64,000 nt of DNA from Eledone cirrhosa (taxonomy: Eukaryota), in contig OZ024749.1 in assembly GCA_964016885.1 (NCBI GenBank), positions 52,018,001 to 52,082,000 of the forward strand, written 5' to 3'. The notes beneath the pieces were generated by a model that was not told the DNA's origin, made no database searches, and saw only the letters and a program-made list of their open reading frames with translations. How positions within the stretch are numbered: position 1 is the first letter of the stretch; each line of letters begins with the position of its first letter. Made by a program: the position numbers and the translations under genes. Shown piece after piece: positions 12,436-24,984 of this stretch.

Positions 12436-14983
12436 CTAAAAAATCGAGAAAAAGAAAAGAAAAAATAATTAAACACTTAGTAAATAAAAATAACAATGCA
12501 TGTATGGCATAGTATGTATGGCCCCGTAACTCCTGATAGAGTTGTAAGGGCACCGTATTGACATATGGCATTCTAAGGCATTTTAAAATATGGCAGAGTC
12601 CATCTCCTCTCCAGGTCTGAATACAGTAGATTTCTTCCAGAGAAGGATAAAGAGTGAAAGAGATATAGAGGAAGAATCGACTCCAGTAATTGACTGGTAC
12701 TTTTCTTTTATTGACCTTGAATGAATGAAAGGCAAAGTTGACCTTGTTGAGATTTGAACCAAGAGAGCAGAGGGATGGAACAAAATACCACAAAGCATAC
12801 TATTCGATAACATCAATGAATTTGGCTGGTCTTGCTTGGGGATTCAGCCAGTGGCTTCTGACAGGATCTGCTGGAAAGAGTGTTGAAGGACTCTGCCTCC
12901 AAGACCCTTCTCACAAATAAGTGAGCAAAGAAGAAGGTTCTTACATAAAGTTTTATGGGCACAGACAGTTCAAATTTCAACATATCATCATCATCATTTA
13001 ACATTTGCTTTCCCTGCTAGCAAGGGTTGGACAGGTCTAGATAGACTAAGTCAGTACTGAAGAGGGACTACTGACCTCCCAGAGAGGTCAAGGAGTCTGC
13101 ATCTCACATATGGTCATATGTTATATTGAAAGCAATGGTGAAGTTATGTCTTTTAACACAAACTGAAGGGTCCTCAGAACTCTTTATTTGGCAAGCTTTC
13201 TATAGCTGGATGCCCTTCCTAACACCAATCACTTTACAGCATCTATTGGGTGCTTTTATTGTGTTGATCACCAACACTAGTGGGGTTGACATGTCCTTGA
13301 TACGACAGAATTCTCCCAACCTCTTTTTCAAAATATGGTTCTGTATTAGCAGGACATGGTCATCTGACCTCGACTTGCCTCAAATAGGACAACCCATCTA
13401 ACCCATGCTAGCATGGAAAATGGACGTTAAATGATGATGATGATGATGATGATAAAAGCTAAAAACAAAATAAAAAAAAGTTGTCTTATTGTTACCTGTT
13501 GTGGTTTATGGTCAACAGTAAGAGGCAAAGTATTGCCATCTTTATCACACATAACTCCACGAGAATCACCCACATTTGCCACAGTTAGGATCCCATTTTT
13601 TAAGAGAGCAACCAACGCTGTGGAACCTAGACAAAAACAAACAAAAAAAAGAAAAATGTGAAGATTGACATCATAAAGAAGATCTGGGGTGAAGAATTGT
13701 CTCAAGATGCAGAAAGGTTGGAAGGAGGAATTCTACACTGTTGTAACTAGGGTAAATTAATGACATGAGATGTAGTCAGATCACAGACAGCTCAACAAAG
13801 AATGATGACTTTGTATGCTGCAGATGCACAGGCGCAATAAGTACTGATATTGGTGGTGATGATGAGGAATGATACTGACAATGGTGGTGATGATGATGAT
13901 GAATGATACCTGTGATGGTGATGGAGAATGATTGATTAATTGATAAATGATGACGGTGGTGGTGATGATGATGATGATGATAACTGGCAAAACTTTGACC
14001 AGTCAGCTGAGATGAAGTGTGATATGGTTAGGAGTGGAGGCTAGTGTAGTATGTGAAGGTGAGTTGGTCACAAAATGACAGTTGTTTGACAACCTGATAG
14101 GTCCAGAGACTGAGTCAGGAACAGGTTAGCTTCGGGTTTAGAATGTCTGTGTTGGTTGGTCAGTAATGCTTATGGGTAATGTAACAAGTTGATGTAGTGA
14201 GTTGAGGATTGCAAAAGACAAGTTTAGCATTGTAGAATGTCAATTCTTTATTAAAAGTCTAAAGTCTGTCTTGATGACCGGAGACTCATTGGGCTGGTGC
14301 TTATCCTGGTTTTCATGACATTAAGTTCAATATTACCCCCTGGACAGGATGCCAGTCAATCACAGGGCTAAACCCCCAGCTATTGCTGGTACTTATTTTT
14401 AGCTGAGTATACTTTGTCATCTCTGTGAGTCTCAGTGATCTGAGGTCAGCTCTCACCAACTTTACCCAGGTCCTTTTTTGGTCTACCACTACTGTAGCTT
14501 CCTTCCACTGGCATTTCTTGGCACTTCTTCACCCAGTGATCATCATCCATACACATCACATGTCTGTACCAACACAGTCTTCTCTCCTGCACACCACCTC
14601 ATTTTTCTTAAACCCAGCTTCGCCCTTTCTCTCACATTTACATATCCTTACATGTAAGAAGTGAATAAAAGGATTGATGTCAAGAAGGAAGGGTATCCAA
14701 CTGTAAAACATTGGTTCAAAAATCCCGTCCAACCCATGCCAGCATGGAAAACTTGATGTGATGATGAAGTCTATCTGAAATCAAGAAGTATATTTGAATT
14801 AGTGAGATTCTTACCTGACACATCCATAGAAGATTTGGCAACTGACAACAATTGCTGGTCAACATTAAGAAACTCTTCTGTTAAGATGCTTGGCATTGAA
14901 GCAGTGCCTTCATCTTTGGGGACTTTTAACAAGCGCATCATAAGGTTCTTAAACAATACTTTCTCTGCAAAATCAGCAGCAAA
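12004..14983 (-). CDS. PPM1L: Protein phosphatase 1L (PP2C-epsilon) ortholog, last three coding exons; first coding exon not found
   Basis: Spliced translation gives PP2C motifs (ANVGDSRGV, DHKP, SRALGDYPLK, ILATDGLWD, EPHYGAKSLVLQAYYRGSLDNITVMVV) matching PPM1L as recalled; GT-AG junctions are phase-consistent. Confidence 0.9.
13496..13626 (-). CDS. PPM1L: PPM1L exon (GSTALVALL...DHKPQQ)
   Basis: AG/GT bounded, 131 nt, phase 1 to 0. Confidence 0.92.
14815..14983 (-). CDS. PPM1L: PPM1L exon (FAADFAEK...MDVSG)
   Basis: AG/GTAAG bounded, 169 nt, phase 0 to 1. Confidence 0.88.
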
Positions 14984-16127
14984 CTAGAAACAAATAATAA
15001 AAATAAATAACAAAAATCTTGTATATAAAAATTAAGATATGTTGTTCATAAAACTATGTATAAATGCTGAGGATATAGGATAACTAGAAAGAAATGAAGC
15101 AAGCATGCCCCATTGGATGTGTAATGTTTGTAGTGTGCGTGAATGGACTGAGACGAAAGATGGGTTTATGAGGAATCAGATGTAGTGTGTAAGAAAGAAG
15201 ACAGCACTGGTATGGACATATGATGTGCTGGGTATAACAGGAATCAGATGTAGTGTGTAAAAAAGAAGACTGCACTGGTATGGACATGTGATTTGCTGGG
15301 TATAAGAGGAACTGATTTGGGCCAGAATGGCATATGGATGAGGAATGCTGGGTGAAGAAGTGCCAGGTAATGCCAGTAGAAGGAAGCTGCAGTAGAGGAA
15401 TACTGAGAAACACCTGAGCAGAGGTGGTTATAGCTAATTGCAAAATGCTGAACCTCACAGAGGAGATGAAGAAACATTGCAAGAGAAAGAAGGCCCTGCT
15501 GACTTACAGCAGCTTAAGTGAGGTATTAACAGTTTCACTGTCTCCTATCATAGGCCATGGACAATGAGAACAACGAGATGGCTAGGGGAGGAACATGAAA
15601 CTAAAACCTATGGGATTTTTGGTCCCCTAAAACTGAAACTTATAGGACTCCCAAACTGAAAAAAATGAAAGTATTTACCATTGTTTGCATTGTAAAGTAA
15701 AAATTATTTGTGGAACCAAATATTTTCTATTATATTTGCTATTAATGTGAGCAAAGTCTAGCTGTTAACTAACCAAGTGTATCTATGGACTTGTAATTCA
15801 TGGTGGAGTTATAGTGGTGCTGTAGTGATATACAACAGCATGTCTTGGACATTTTAAATCTGGCAAAGCCCATCCCCTCTCCAGCTGCTGAACACAGGCG
15901 ATTTCTTTGAGAGAAGGATAAATAGTGACAGATAGGAAATGAGTAATAGATATAGAGGCAGAATCGACTCTAGTATTCGACTGGTACTTTATTCATCGAC
16001 CTTGAAATATGAAAAGCATTGTGAAGTAAAATGAATCCCACAAAGCATTCTATTCGACAACTCTGCCAATTCGTCACCTATCCAGGTGTTACGAAATGCA
16101 AAACAGAGAGAGGGCCCACACACATGA

Positions 16128-16470
16128 TGGAGGGGCAGCATGTCAAAATGGTTTAAGAGGTTCGCTTCGTAATCATTAGGTCCTGGATCTCAATGCAAGG
16201 TGACATCTTGGGCAAATGTCATTTACCATAGCTTCAGGGTTGACCCATGCCTTGTAAGTGAAATTTGGTAGACAGAAACTATTTGGAAGCCCGTCAGATA
16301 GACCATACCTGTAATTTAACGGGCCAGTCTTATCACTGTGGCAAGCTGAATCTTTCTGAGAATTACGTTAAGAGTACACGTGTCTGTGGAATGATCAGCC
16401 ACTTACAAGTAATTTTCGAGAGCAGGCCCCAAAACTTCGTTGATCGAACTGGTTGTCGAAATCGATCCAT
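16128..16470 (+). mobile_element. tRNA/CORE-type SINE
   Basis: tRNA-like head, atcttgggcaaatg CORE-like segment, gccttgtaagtgaaatttggtagac body. Confidence 0.65.
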
Positions 16471-16636
16471 TCCAAACACGCACAGACATACACACACACA
16501 GAGCATACACACACACACAGACATACATACACACACACACACAGAGCAATGTTGGTGGTGGTGGTTGTAGTGTCCCAGCTAGAAAGCTGAAAATGGCACA
16601 CGAATATACATGAATATCTACCTCACATATTTCCCT

Positions 16637-16703
<67 letters not shown>

Positions 16704-16820
16704 GTAGGAGGTGAGTTTTATTGTAGTACAATAAAGCAATGCAGATATCTGATAAGAAGCACTCTACAGTTTGTGGGACTGGAGTATACATAATATATAA
16801 GAACATATCATGTCCTCCTG

Positions 16821-16887
16821 TTTTATCTGATGAAAACACAAATATTATTGCATGATGATATTTGTTTTTGAAATGCGCATAATAAAA
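16821..16887 (+). ncRNA. Type I hammerhead ribozyme motif
   Basis: ttttat-CTGATGA-long hairpin-GAAA-tgcgca (palindrome)-TA-ataaaa. Confidence 0.8.
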
Positions 16888-16919
16888 TACATGGAACTCC
16901 TTTAACCATCTTTTGTTCT

Positions 16920-16957
<38 letters not shown>

Positions 16958-17065
16958 GTAATGATAAATACAAAGATCAAAATCAAGAGGACTCGATAAG
17001 GGTTGTGTCTGTGTGTGTGTTTGTGTATAAACCCGTAGAGCAAATATTATTGGCACTTATTAAAA

Positions 17066-17115
17066 GTTTAAGCAAACAATATCTGCTTTCACCCTAAAGT
17101 GGGATCCTCTGAAAC
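17066..17115 (-). ncRNA. Degenerate hammerhead motif (core CAGAGGA instead of CTGANGA)
   Basis: gttt-CAGAGGA-tccc(acttta)gggt-GAAA-gcagatattgtttgc-TT-aaac. Confidence 0.5.
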
Positions 17116-17175
17116 TATATATATATATGTGTGTGTGTATGTATAATTAGTTACAACAGTAACATGTACAGATAC

Positions 17176-17741
17176 TTATATATATATATATACACACACA
17201 CACATTATATATATACATATGTATATATATATACATATGTATATATATATATATATATATACATACACACATATATATATACATACACACATATATATAT
17301 ATACATACACACATATATATATACATACACACATATATATATATACATACACACATATATATATATACATACACACATATATATACATACTCACATATAT
17401 ATATATATACATACACACATATATATATATACATACACATATATATATATATATATACATACACATATATATATATATATACATACACATATATATATAT
17501 ATACACATACACATATATATATATATACATACACATATATATATATACATACACATATATATATATATATATACACATATATATATATATATATATACAC
17601 ATATATATATATACACATATATATATATATATATACACATATATATATATATACATACATATATATATATATATACATACATATATATATATATACATAC
17701 ATATATATATATATACATACATATATATATATACATACATA

Positions 17742-17782
<41 letters not shown>

Positions 17783-17874
17783 ATACATACATACATATAT
17801 ATATACACATACACACACACATATATATATATATATATACATACACACACACATATATATATATATATATACAT

Positions 17875-17939
<65 letters not shown>

Positions 17940-17978
17940 CATACACACATATATGTATATATATATACATACACACGC

Positions 17979-18027
<49 letters not shown>
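17176..18027. repeat. Compound (TA)n/(CA)n microsatellite
   Basis: Directly visible; source of the spurious Y/I/H/T-rich ORFs. Confidence 0.95.
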
Positions 18028-18030
<3 letters not shown>

Positions 18031-19564
18031 TACACGCACAACTATACAACTCGCTGCATATAGACGTAAGACAGAGAAAATAGGTGGGTGGTATTTTCCT
18101 ATAGGTAACTCTATATATGAAGAAGTGAAAAACAATTCCAAACGGAAACTAGATACCAGTTAGAACGAAATACCTGTTGGTAATCTGAAGACCTGATGAT
18201 ATGTTGCTATATTTTCAAAGATCATTTTAAAGCCGTTTTATCGAAACACAAAATGATAACCTGTTTTGGTATTTTTGTCCCCCCTCCCCCCAAGTTATAT
18301 TTAAATTCCATAAAATCAGTATTAAAACTACTACGAGAAATGATATTATGGTTTAGAAACCTTAAATAGTAAACATTAACAGTCAATAAATAATAAAATA
18401 TAGTTTTAGAAGGGCAAGAGATAAATTTAATGAAAACGTTTGATAGAGAATGGGATAAAAATGGTAAAATTTGTTGTTTTTCGTTTTTATTTTACTAACA
18501 CGTCAATAAGTTCAGAAGTAAATTGAAAAACCGAAATGGAAACCACAGAACGACGAAATTTATTTGGTTTCTGTTAATTGTATGTGTTTAATTTAGGTAT
18601 AGAAACCAAATGAAACACTTAAAATCGTTTTAGAAATTTTTACTCGTGATTTGATAAATTCCATAATAAGAAATGACCTAAAGTCGTTCTAGCCGTGGCC
18701 ATCCAGTCAATATATCGTTTAATATAACATTGTTCAATATTAATACAATTTCTATTTAAAAGAAAAAAAAAAGAAACATTTCCTTTCGATTTATATTCTA
18801 TATAAAAATATTTCCTACTGAAGTGGTTTAATTGAAACGAAAGTTAAACAGTTTATTTATTGTATAAATTAAAAATATATTCTTGTAGCAACATATAAAC
18901 AGAAACTAAAGTACTTTCCGCCGTTTCGTGTTTTTTATTTTACTTTCGGCGTGTTAGTTAAAATGGGACAACCTAAATTTTATTTTTAATTTTTACACAA
19001 AAAAATACTTTATAAAAACTTTGAAATAAATTTGTTATGTGACAGATACAAAACTTAACAGAAGCAGATGTTTCCTATTCAGTTTACAAAATCGAAATTA
19101 CGGTACTTAATATTCCAAACTTCAAAACGAAAGTTAAAATTCCACCTGTGAATTATCGATTTAAAAATAAATTTGGATAGCACTGACAATAGATCTCCTT
19201 TGAAGGAAAAAAAAAAATGAAAATATTTCCATCGATTCAGCGAATTCATTGCATATATACACGTTATGATTAGAGTTCCCTCGTCGGGTCGTGTGTATGT
19301 GTGTATATATACACATACACAAATATTTATAAATGGAGATATGTATAGATAAATGCGCATATATATATGTGTGCATATATATATACATACATACATACAT
19401 ACATACAAAGATTTATAGAGATATCCACTTAGTTTTGACCTAAACAAGATGATAGGAAGGAAGTTCAATGTGTTGTTAATCGAAATTATCGATTATCAAT
19501 TACCTCTTGTCACTGAAACATGCGTAGAATAAAAAATGTTTTGAATTCCTACAAACCTCTTTTG

Positions 19565-19764
19565 NNNNNNNNNNNNNNNNNNNNNNNNNNNNNNNNNNNN
19601 NNNNNNNNNNNNNNNNNNNNNNNNNNNNNNNNNNNNNNNNNNNNNNNNNNNNNNNNNNNNNNNNNNNNNNNNNNNNNNNNNNNNNNNNNNNNNNNNNNNN
19701 NNNNNNNNNNNNNNNNNNNNNNNNNNNNNNNNNNNNNNNNNNNNNNNNNNNNNNNNNNNNNNNN
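19565..19764. other. Assembly gap (200 N)
   Basis: Run of N. Confidence 0.99.
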
Positions 19765-20021
19765 TCACCACACCAAGTAAATAAAATAAATCCTGAGTGT
19801 ACTACCAGAGCTTGTAAGCTTACTAATAAATTGATATTAAACTCTAACTCAATATTAGTAATTGATATACACTCGGATACACATTTTTTTTTCTGTATTC
19901 ATGATTGTCATTGAGGAAGACAAAAAAAAAACGTAAACGAAAGGAAAATTAAAAAAAAAGACGAGTAATGATAACAGGAAGCTGAAGAAATGGTTTCTGG
20001 GAGTGCTGTTAGAACGTGTGC

Positions 20022-20056
<35 letters not shown>

Positions 20057-20061
20057 CACAT

Positions 20062-20101
<40 letters not shown>

Positions 20102-20529
20102 ATGTATATATATCTAAATACACATACACACATATATATATATATATATATACGCACACACATACATATACACACATATATATATATATATACGCACACA
20201 CATACGTATGTATGTATGTATGTATGTATGTAGTCAACGAGTGAGGAAAGCGTACTGAATACCGAAAATGAGTTTAAATATATATTTTGTTAAAGCTAAA
20301 TAGTGAATCTTGTTACGTTAATGAAATGTATACACACACAAATATATATATAATGTTCATCTTCATTTTATTAACTGGAATAGTACAAATTTTAATATGT
20401 TACGATAGTTAGATACTTTTTGAATGCTTATTAATTCTTATGTCTCCTACGTGGTTCCGTTAATAAATAGCGAACATAACATCAGAATAATATTCTGACA
20501 TTATATATATGTGTGTATATATATTATAT

Positions 20530-20725
20530 AATGACCGCAACTCGATTTCGAGCCGTGCCGTCGCTTGACACACCCCCTTACGCATAAGCAGCACGGGGGT
20601 GGACGTGGCTTTTTCGTTCCGCTAGGACCCCCACATTTTTGCACAAATGTGACAAGAATAGGGACTTCTCACAGTAAATGTTACTGTTACGGTGCTGCTC
20701 CGGTGCACTAACAAAAGGACGCTCT
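20530..20725. promoter_or_regulatory. Candidate PPM1L promoter
   Basis: GC/CpG-rich patch upstream of the gap expected to hold exon 1. Confidence 0.35.
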
Positions 20726-23427
20726 TTTCCACAGTCCCTGCAAATAGAAATGCCATAGAATACATAGTTGACAGGGTCCTATAGCATAAGGCTTCTCTGA
20801 TTACTTCTAAGGCTTGCTTTTACTTAGACATAACCAGCCACATTTTTTTCAAGTTAAATCGACCTGCATGCCAAGATACTCAGGCCAAATGACCTCAAGG
20901 CCCTTATGAGCACACCACTTGAGCTGTTCATACTCACTGTGGTTTCTTCAAATTCTCCCCGCCCATCGTTCTCTGCCTTTAAAAAAAATCTCAAGGAAGT
21001 TATAAAATATCAAAGCCTTATCAAGTAGTTGTTACAGTGGGGTGTTGGGTGGATGGTAGACAGATCTGAATTTTCAACTATCTGAGTACAAATCTCACAG
21101 AGACCAATTTTTAACTGGCCTTCCTTCTGAGTCAATAACCAAAAGTAAGTCAAGTCCTGGGATTGATTTAATATTCCTATAATGTATTTTAGATCTGAAT
21201 GGCACAACAAAAACATAGAGATGGTGTCCTCCTCACCAGGACAGGATTAAGTTCTTTTGAGACTTTAAACATATATTTATAGCCTCCCAATTTTTTCCGG
21301 CATGACAAATACATTTAATTTGGGAGTGCTGGTTGTGTTACTGAGTCCCCTCCAGGTCTTTGATTATTTTCAGAATTATTTGAAAATCGTAGGCAGTGTT
21401 TTATAAGAAATATGTAACAAGTTATCACTGGTTTATTTTATAAGGAATATAAAACATCCCTCTATCAATATATGTTCAGAGATGTCCTTCATTATGGCAT
21501 ATGACAAGCAGGTGGACATAAATACCAATGACAGAGGACAACTGAAAGATTCTTTGAGACAACCTGTTGTGGACTACAGATGAAATTTATGGTTGCAGCA
21601 AAGTACCAGCCAGACTAAAAAGGGTCATGTTGATGGTAGAAAAGTACTGTAGGTAGATCCCTAAAAACATAAAAAAGACAGACCTGGAAAGAGTGGAAGA
21701 AAGTGGGGTACAAAGAACAACATTCAAATAGCTAGATATCAGGTTTATATAGCTCCGAGAGAGAGCTGAAAGTAAGAGGGCTTGCCAGTATTCTACATCT
21801 GAGAGGGATCAGAGACATTGCAAAGCATCAAGACTTCATTGGGGAAAGGTTTGTTGGGAATGACATTGATACCACCATCTCAGGAGGCTTGGAATTGTTG
21901 TAAAAGGTTGCTGAATGTGAAGAATATTCTGAAAGAACGAGGGACAAGCTATCAAAGTCAACAGCTGTATGGTCATTAAGGATATCCAATCAATCTAGGG
22001 CTTTCTCACTTCTGTTGGAGAAACTCCACCCTGGTTGACTTCCACTGCTTTCTGTTTGGTTTTGGTCATGTCAGGGTGGTAGCCGTACACACCACACATG
22101 ACCAGATTGAGGGTTGGTGTGGTGATGGTCATTGACTCTGAGGAATTCATCTGTTCTTGTTTTTTGTGTTGTTGGGTCCCCACTTACCCTCTTCCCCAGA
22201 CCAGGGTTTGGTAGGAGAGCCAGTTTAGTTGCTGACCACTCAGCCATGAAGTAAGTTGCATATGAAGAGAAGGGAAAAGTTACTGAACTATCAGGATAGT
22301 TGTTGAGATGTTGAAAATACCCCAGTAAAGTAAAGTCCAAGCTAGTTACTAGCATAGTCAATCAGGTAATACATGATGGTGGTATATATACCCAATAACT
22401 GACATGGCAGTATAACCATTAGCTGCTACAGAGGTGAAGGTGAGGCCCTAGAAATATCTACCAACCATCCCTTAATACTAAAACCACCCAAGTGATTAAA
22501 TTACAGGTGTATAGTTGAAGAACTCTGGCTGTAACAAGTAACCTACCATCACCAAATAGGTGTTTATACACAACAGCAATATCTGAGTAGAAAGAGACTG
22601 TAGGTAAGTGAGAAGTAGACTTCTTGGCCTGTCTGGGGAGAGGTCACTACTGACTTGGTCTAGGTTGACCCGTCCAACCCTTGCTAGCAGCGAGAGAGGA
22701 TTTTAAAACGATGATAATGATGATGAAAGAATTATAGTGAAATTTTTTTTTAATATTACCTAGACACCCCTGAAAAAAAACAACAGAAAAACACAGCAAC
22801 ATCAACAACAAAAACAAACACCAATAACAACAACAACAACAAAAAGAACGAACCATGTCACCAATTTGAAGCTTCAATGATTTCCTGTCTAGAGCACAGC
22901 TTACCTTTAGCAGTTAACAGTTACACTGCTATGAGAGTTACTGTTGATAATACTTTCCTTCATAATCTGATTAACTACACATGGGATTAATGTAGCATCA
23001 GATCTATTTTTATATTTTCAATCTCTCTCACAGCTATCTGTATTACTTTCTCTTATTTCATATCATTAATCCCTTTACTACCCCCCCCCCCCCCTTCTCT
23101 CTGTGGGTTCCGAGAGGATAGGCTCTTCCTGTTTCAGTCATTATACTTTATTTCATATTTTATATGGCAATATTACATTCTGGGCAACTGGAACAGAACA
23201 AATACTACAGGCTATTTATGGTTGGAAGGGCAATATCTTCTCGGCTGGGATCACGAGGCGGACTGACCCTTATCCCTAAGTTTAATTTGTGGTGTTGGAA
23301 GGGCAATGTCTTCTCCATCCTGTCGGCCAGAATGACTCTTAAGTTTCATCTATAGTGGTGGTGGGCGTATGTGGAATAGATTTACTTCCATAAGCATGAG
23401 TAGGTTGATAACAATGTCATTAGCAGG

Positions 23428-23750
23428 ATCATTAGAACACTGGATAGAGTGTGGTTAATTAGAAGAATCATTAGAACACTGGATAGAGTGTGGTTAATTA
23501 GAAGAATCATTAGAACACTGGATAGAGTGTGGTTAATTAGAAGAATCATTAGAACACTGGATAGAGTGTGGTTAATTAGAAGAATCATTAGAATGTTGGA
23601 TAGAGTGTGGCTAATTAGAAGAATAATTAGAACATTGGATAGAATGCTTCATTGATGGCTAATTAGAATGTTGGATAGAATACTTCGTTTAGAAGGGTGA
23701 CTAATTAAAAGAGTTGTTAGAATGTGGCTAATTAACAGGTTCATTAGAAT
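23428..23750. repeat. 39-bp minisatellite
   Basis: Unit atcattagaacactggatagagtgtggttaattagaaga, four exact copies then decaying. Confidence 0.9.
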
Positions 23751-23799
23751 GATGATGAAACACAGATGATCTCATGTTTGTAACTGCCATAGAACATTA

Positions 23800-23849
23800 A
23801 AAATAATAAACAATACAAAGAAAATATTGTTTTCAGTATATAATTTATT
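23800..23849 (-). terminator. Candidate distal poly(A) site of SPRYD7
   Basis: AATAAA (23849-23844) followed by U/GU-rich ttttctttgtattgtttattatttt. Confidence 0.35.
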
Positions 23850-23971
23850 ATTCAGGAATATGTACATCTTTCACATGAATCAACAGATTATTACAATTTG
23901 AGAATATAAGGACATTTGCATTTACAATGAAACAAAATTTAAAAAAATTAATCAAATCTGGAACAACAATA

Positions 23972-24532
23972 TTAACGTACTTTACTGTCAGTAATTACAT
24001 TTTACAGGTAAATGCATCGTTTAACGTACTTTACACTCAGTAATTACATTTTACATGTAAATGCATCGTTTAACGTACTTTACTGTCAGTAATTACATTT
24101 TACAGGTAAATGCATCGTTTAACGTACTTTACACTCAGTAATTACATTTTACAGGTAAATGCATCGTTTAACGTACTTTACACTCAGTAATTACATTTTA
24201 CATGTAAATGCATCGTTTAACGTACTTTACTGTCAGTAATTACATCGTTTAACGTACTTTACACTCAGTAATTACATTTTACAGGTAAATGCATCATTTA
24301 ACGTACTTTACTGTCAGTAATTACATTTTACAGGTAAATGCATCATTTAACGTACTTTACTGTCAGTAATTACATTTTACAGGTAAATGCATCGTTTAAC
24401 GTACTTTACACTCAGTAATTACATCCTTTAACGTACTTTACACTCAGTAATTACATTTTACAGGTAAATGCATCCTTTAACATACTTTTTTACTGTCAGT
24501 AATTACATTTTACAGGTAAATGCATCCTTTAA
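23972..24532. repeat. 49-bp minisatellite (about 12 units, two shortened)
   Basis: Unit ttaacgtactttactgtcagtaattacattttacaggtaaatgcatcgt. Confidence 0.92.
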
Positions 24533-24779
24533 TAATTTTTTTTCCTACTCGAAATAATAACGAAGCAATAAAACTAACAATGGTCTCCTTATAAATGGAT
24601 AAAAATCTAATTAGACAAATAATAATAAGAATATTTATTTCCATATATATATAAAAGAATATCTAAGATGAAATAGTAGAAAAATAACCAGTTAGACTGA
24701 CACAGATGAAGGGATATATTAGTTTAAGGACAAGGTGAAATTTGTATGAGACATGTTTATATATATATATATATATACA

Positions 24780-24984
24780 AACACAAGGATTGGCTGAAAA
24801 GTTCATAGGCTGACCAAGAAACTCTCATGGAATGACAAAAGGAGGTTTATTTTTTTAGCATAGTCCCTGGAAAGAAACAATGCAGTTATTAATAATAAGA
24901 GTTGAAATTAATGCATGCAAGATTTCACAGCTCTAGCATCACTCCCTCATAGTCATCCTATGAACATTTCAACCGACTCTCGTA
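24780..24984. mobile_element. mariner-like MITE
   Basis: Degenerate TIR ~TACGAGGGTTGGCTGAAAAGTT; copies at 43060-43284, 45433-45632 and 62808-63093. Confidence 0.7.

Noticed and set aside
15066-15100. CTGAGGA...GAAA
   Set aside because: No helix I or III; likely chance
17131-18163. Long Y/I/H/T and C/V/Y ORFs
   Set aside because: Translations of a TA/CA microsatellite
18185-18260. CTGATGA...GAAAC
   Set aside because: No supporting stems
19255-19295. Hammerhead-like sequence on the minus strand
   Set aside because: Both core motifs are altered (CCGACGA, ATAA) and helices are unconvincing
19504-19564. Possible PPM1L exon end next to the gap
   Set aside because: Has a GTAAT donor but no frame encodes the expected DGHGG motif
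23972-24532. CRISPR-like array
   Set aside because: No unique spacers, eukaryotic context, no cas genes
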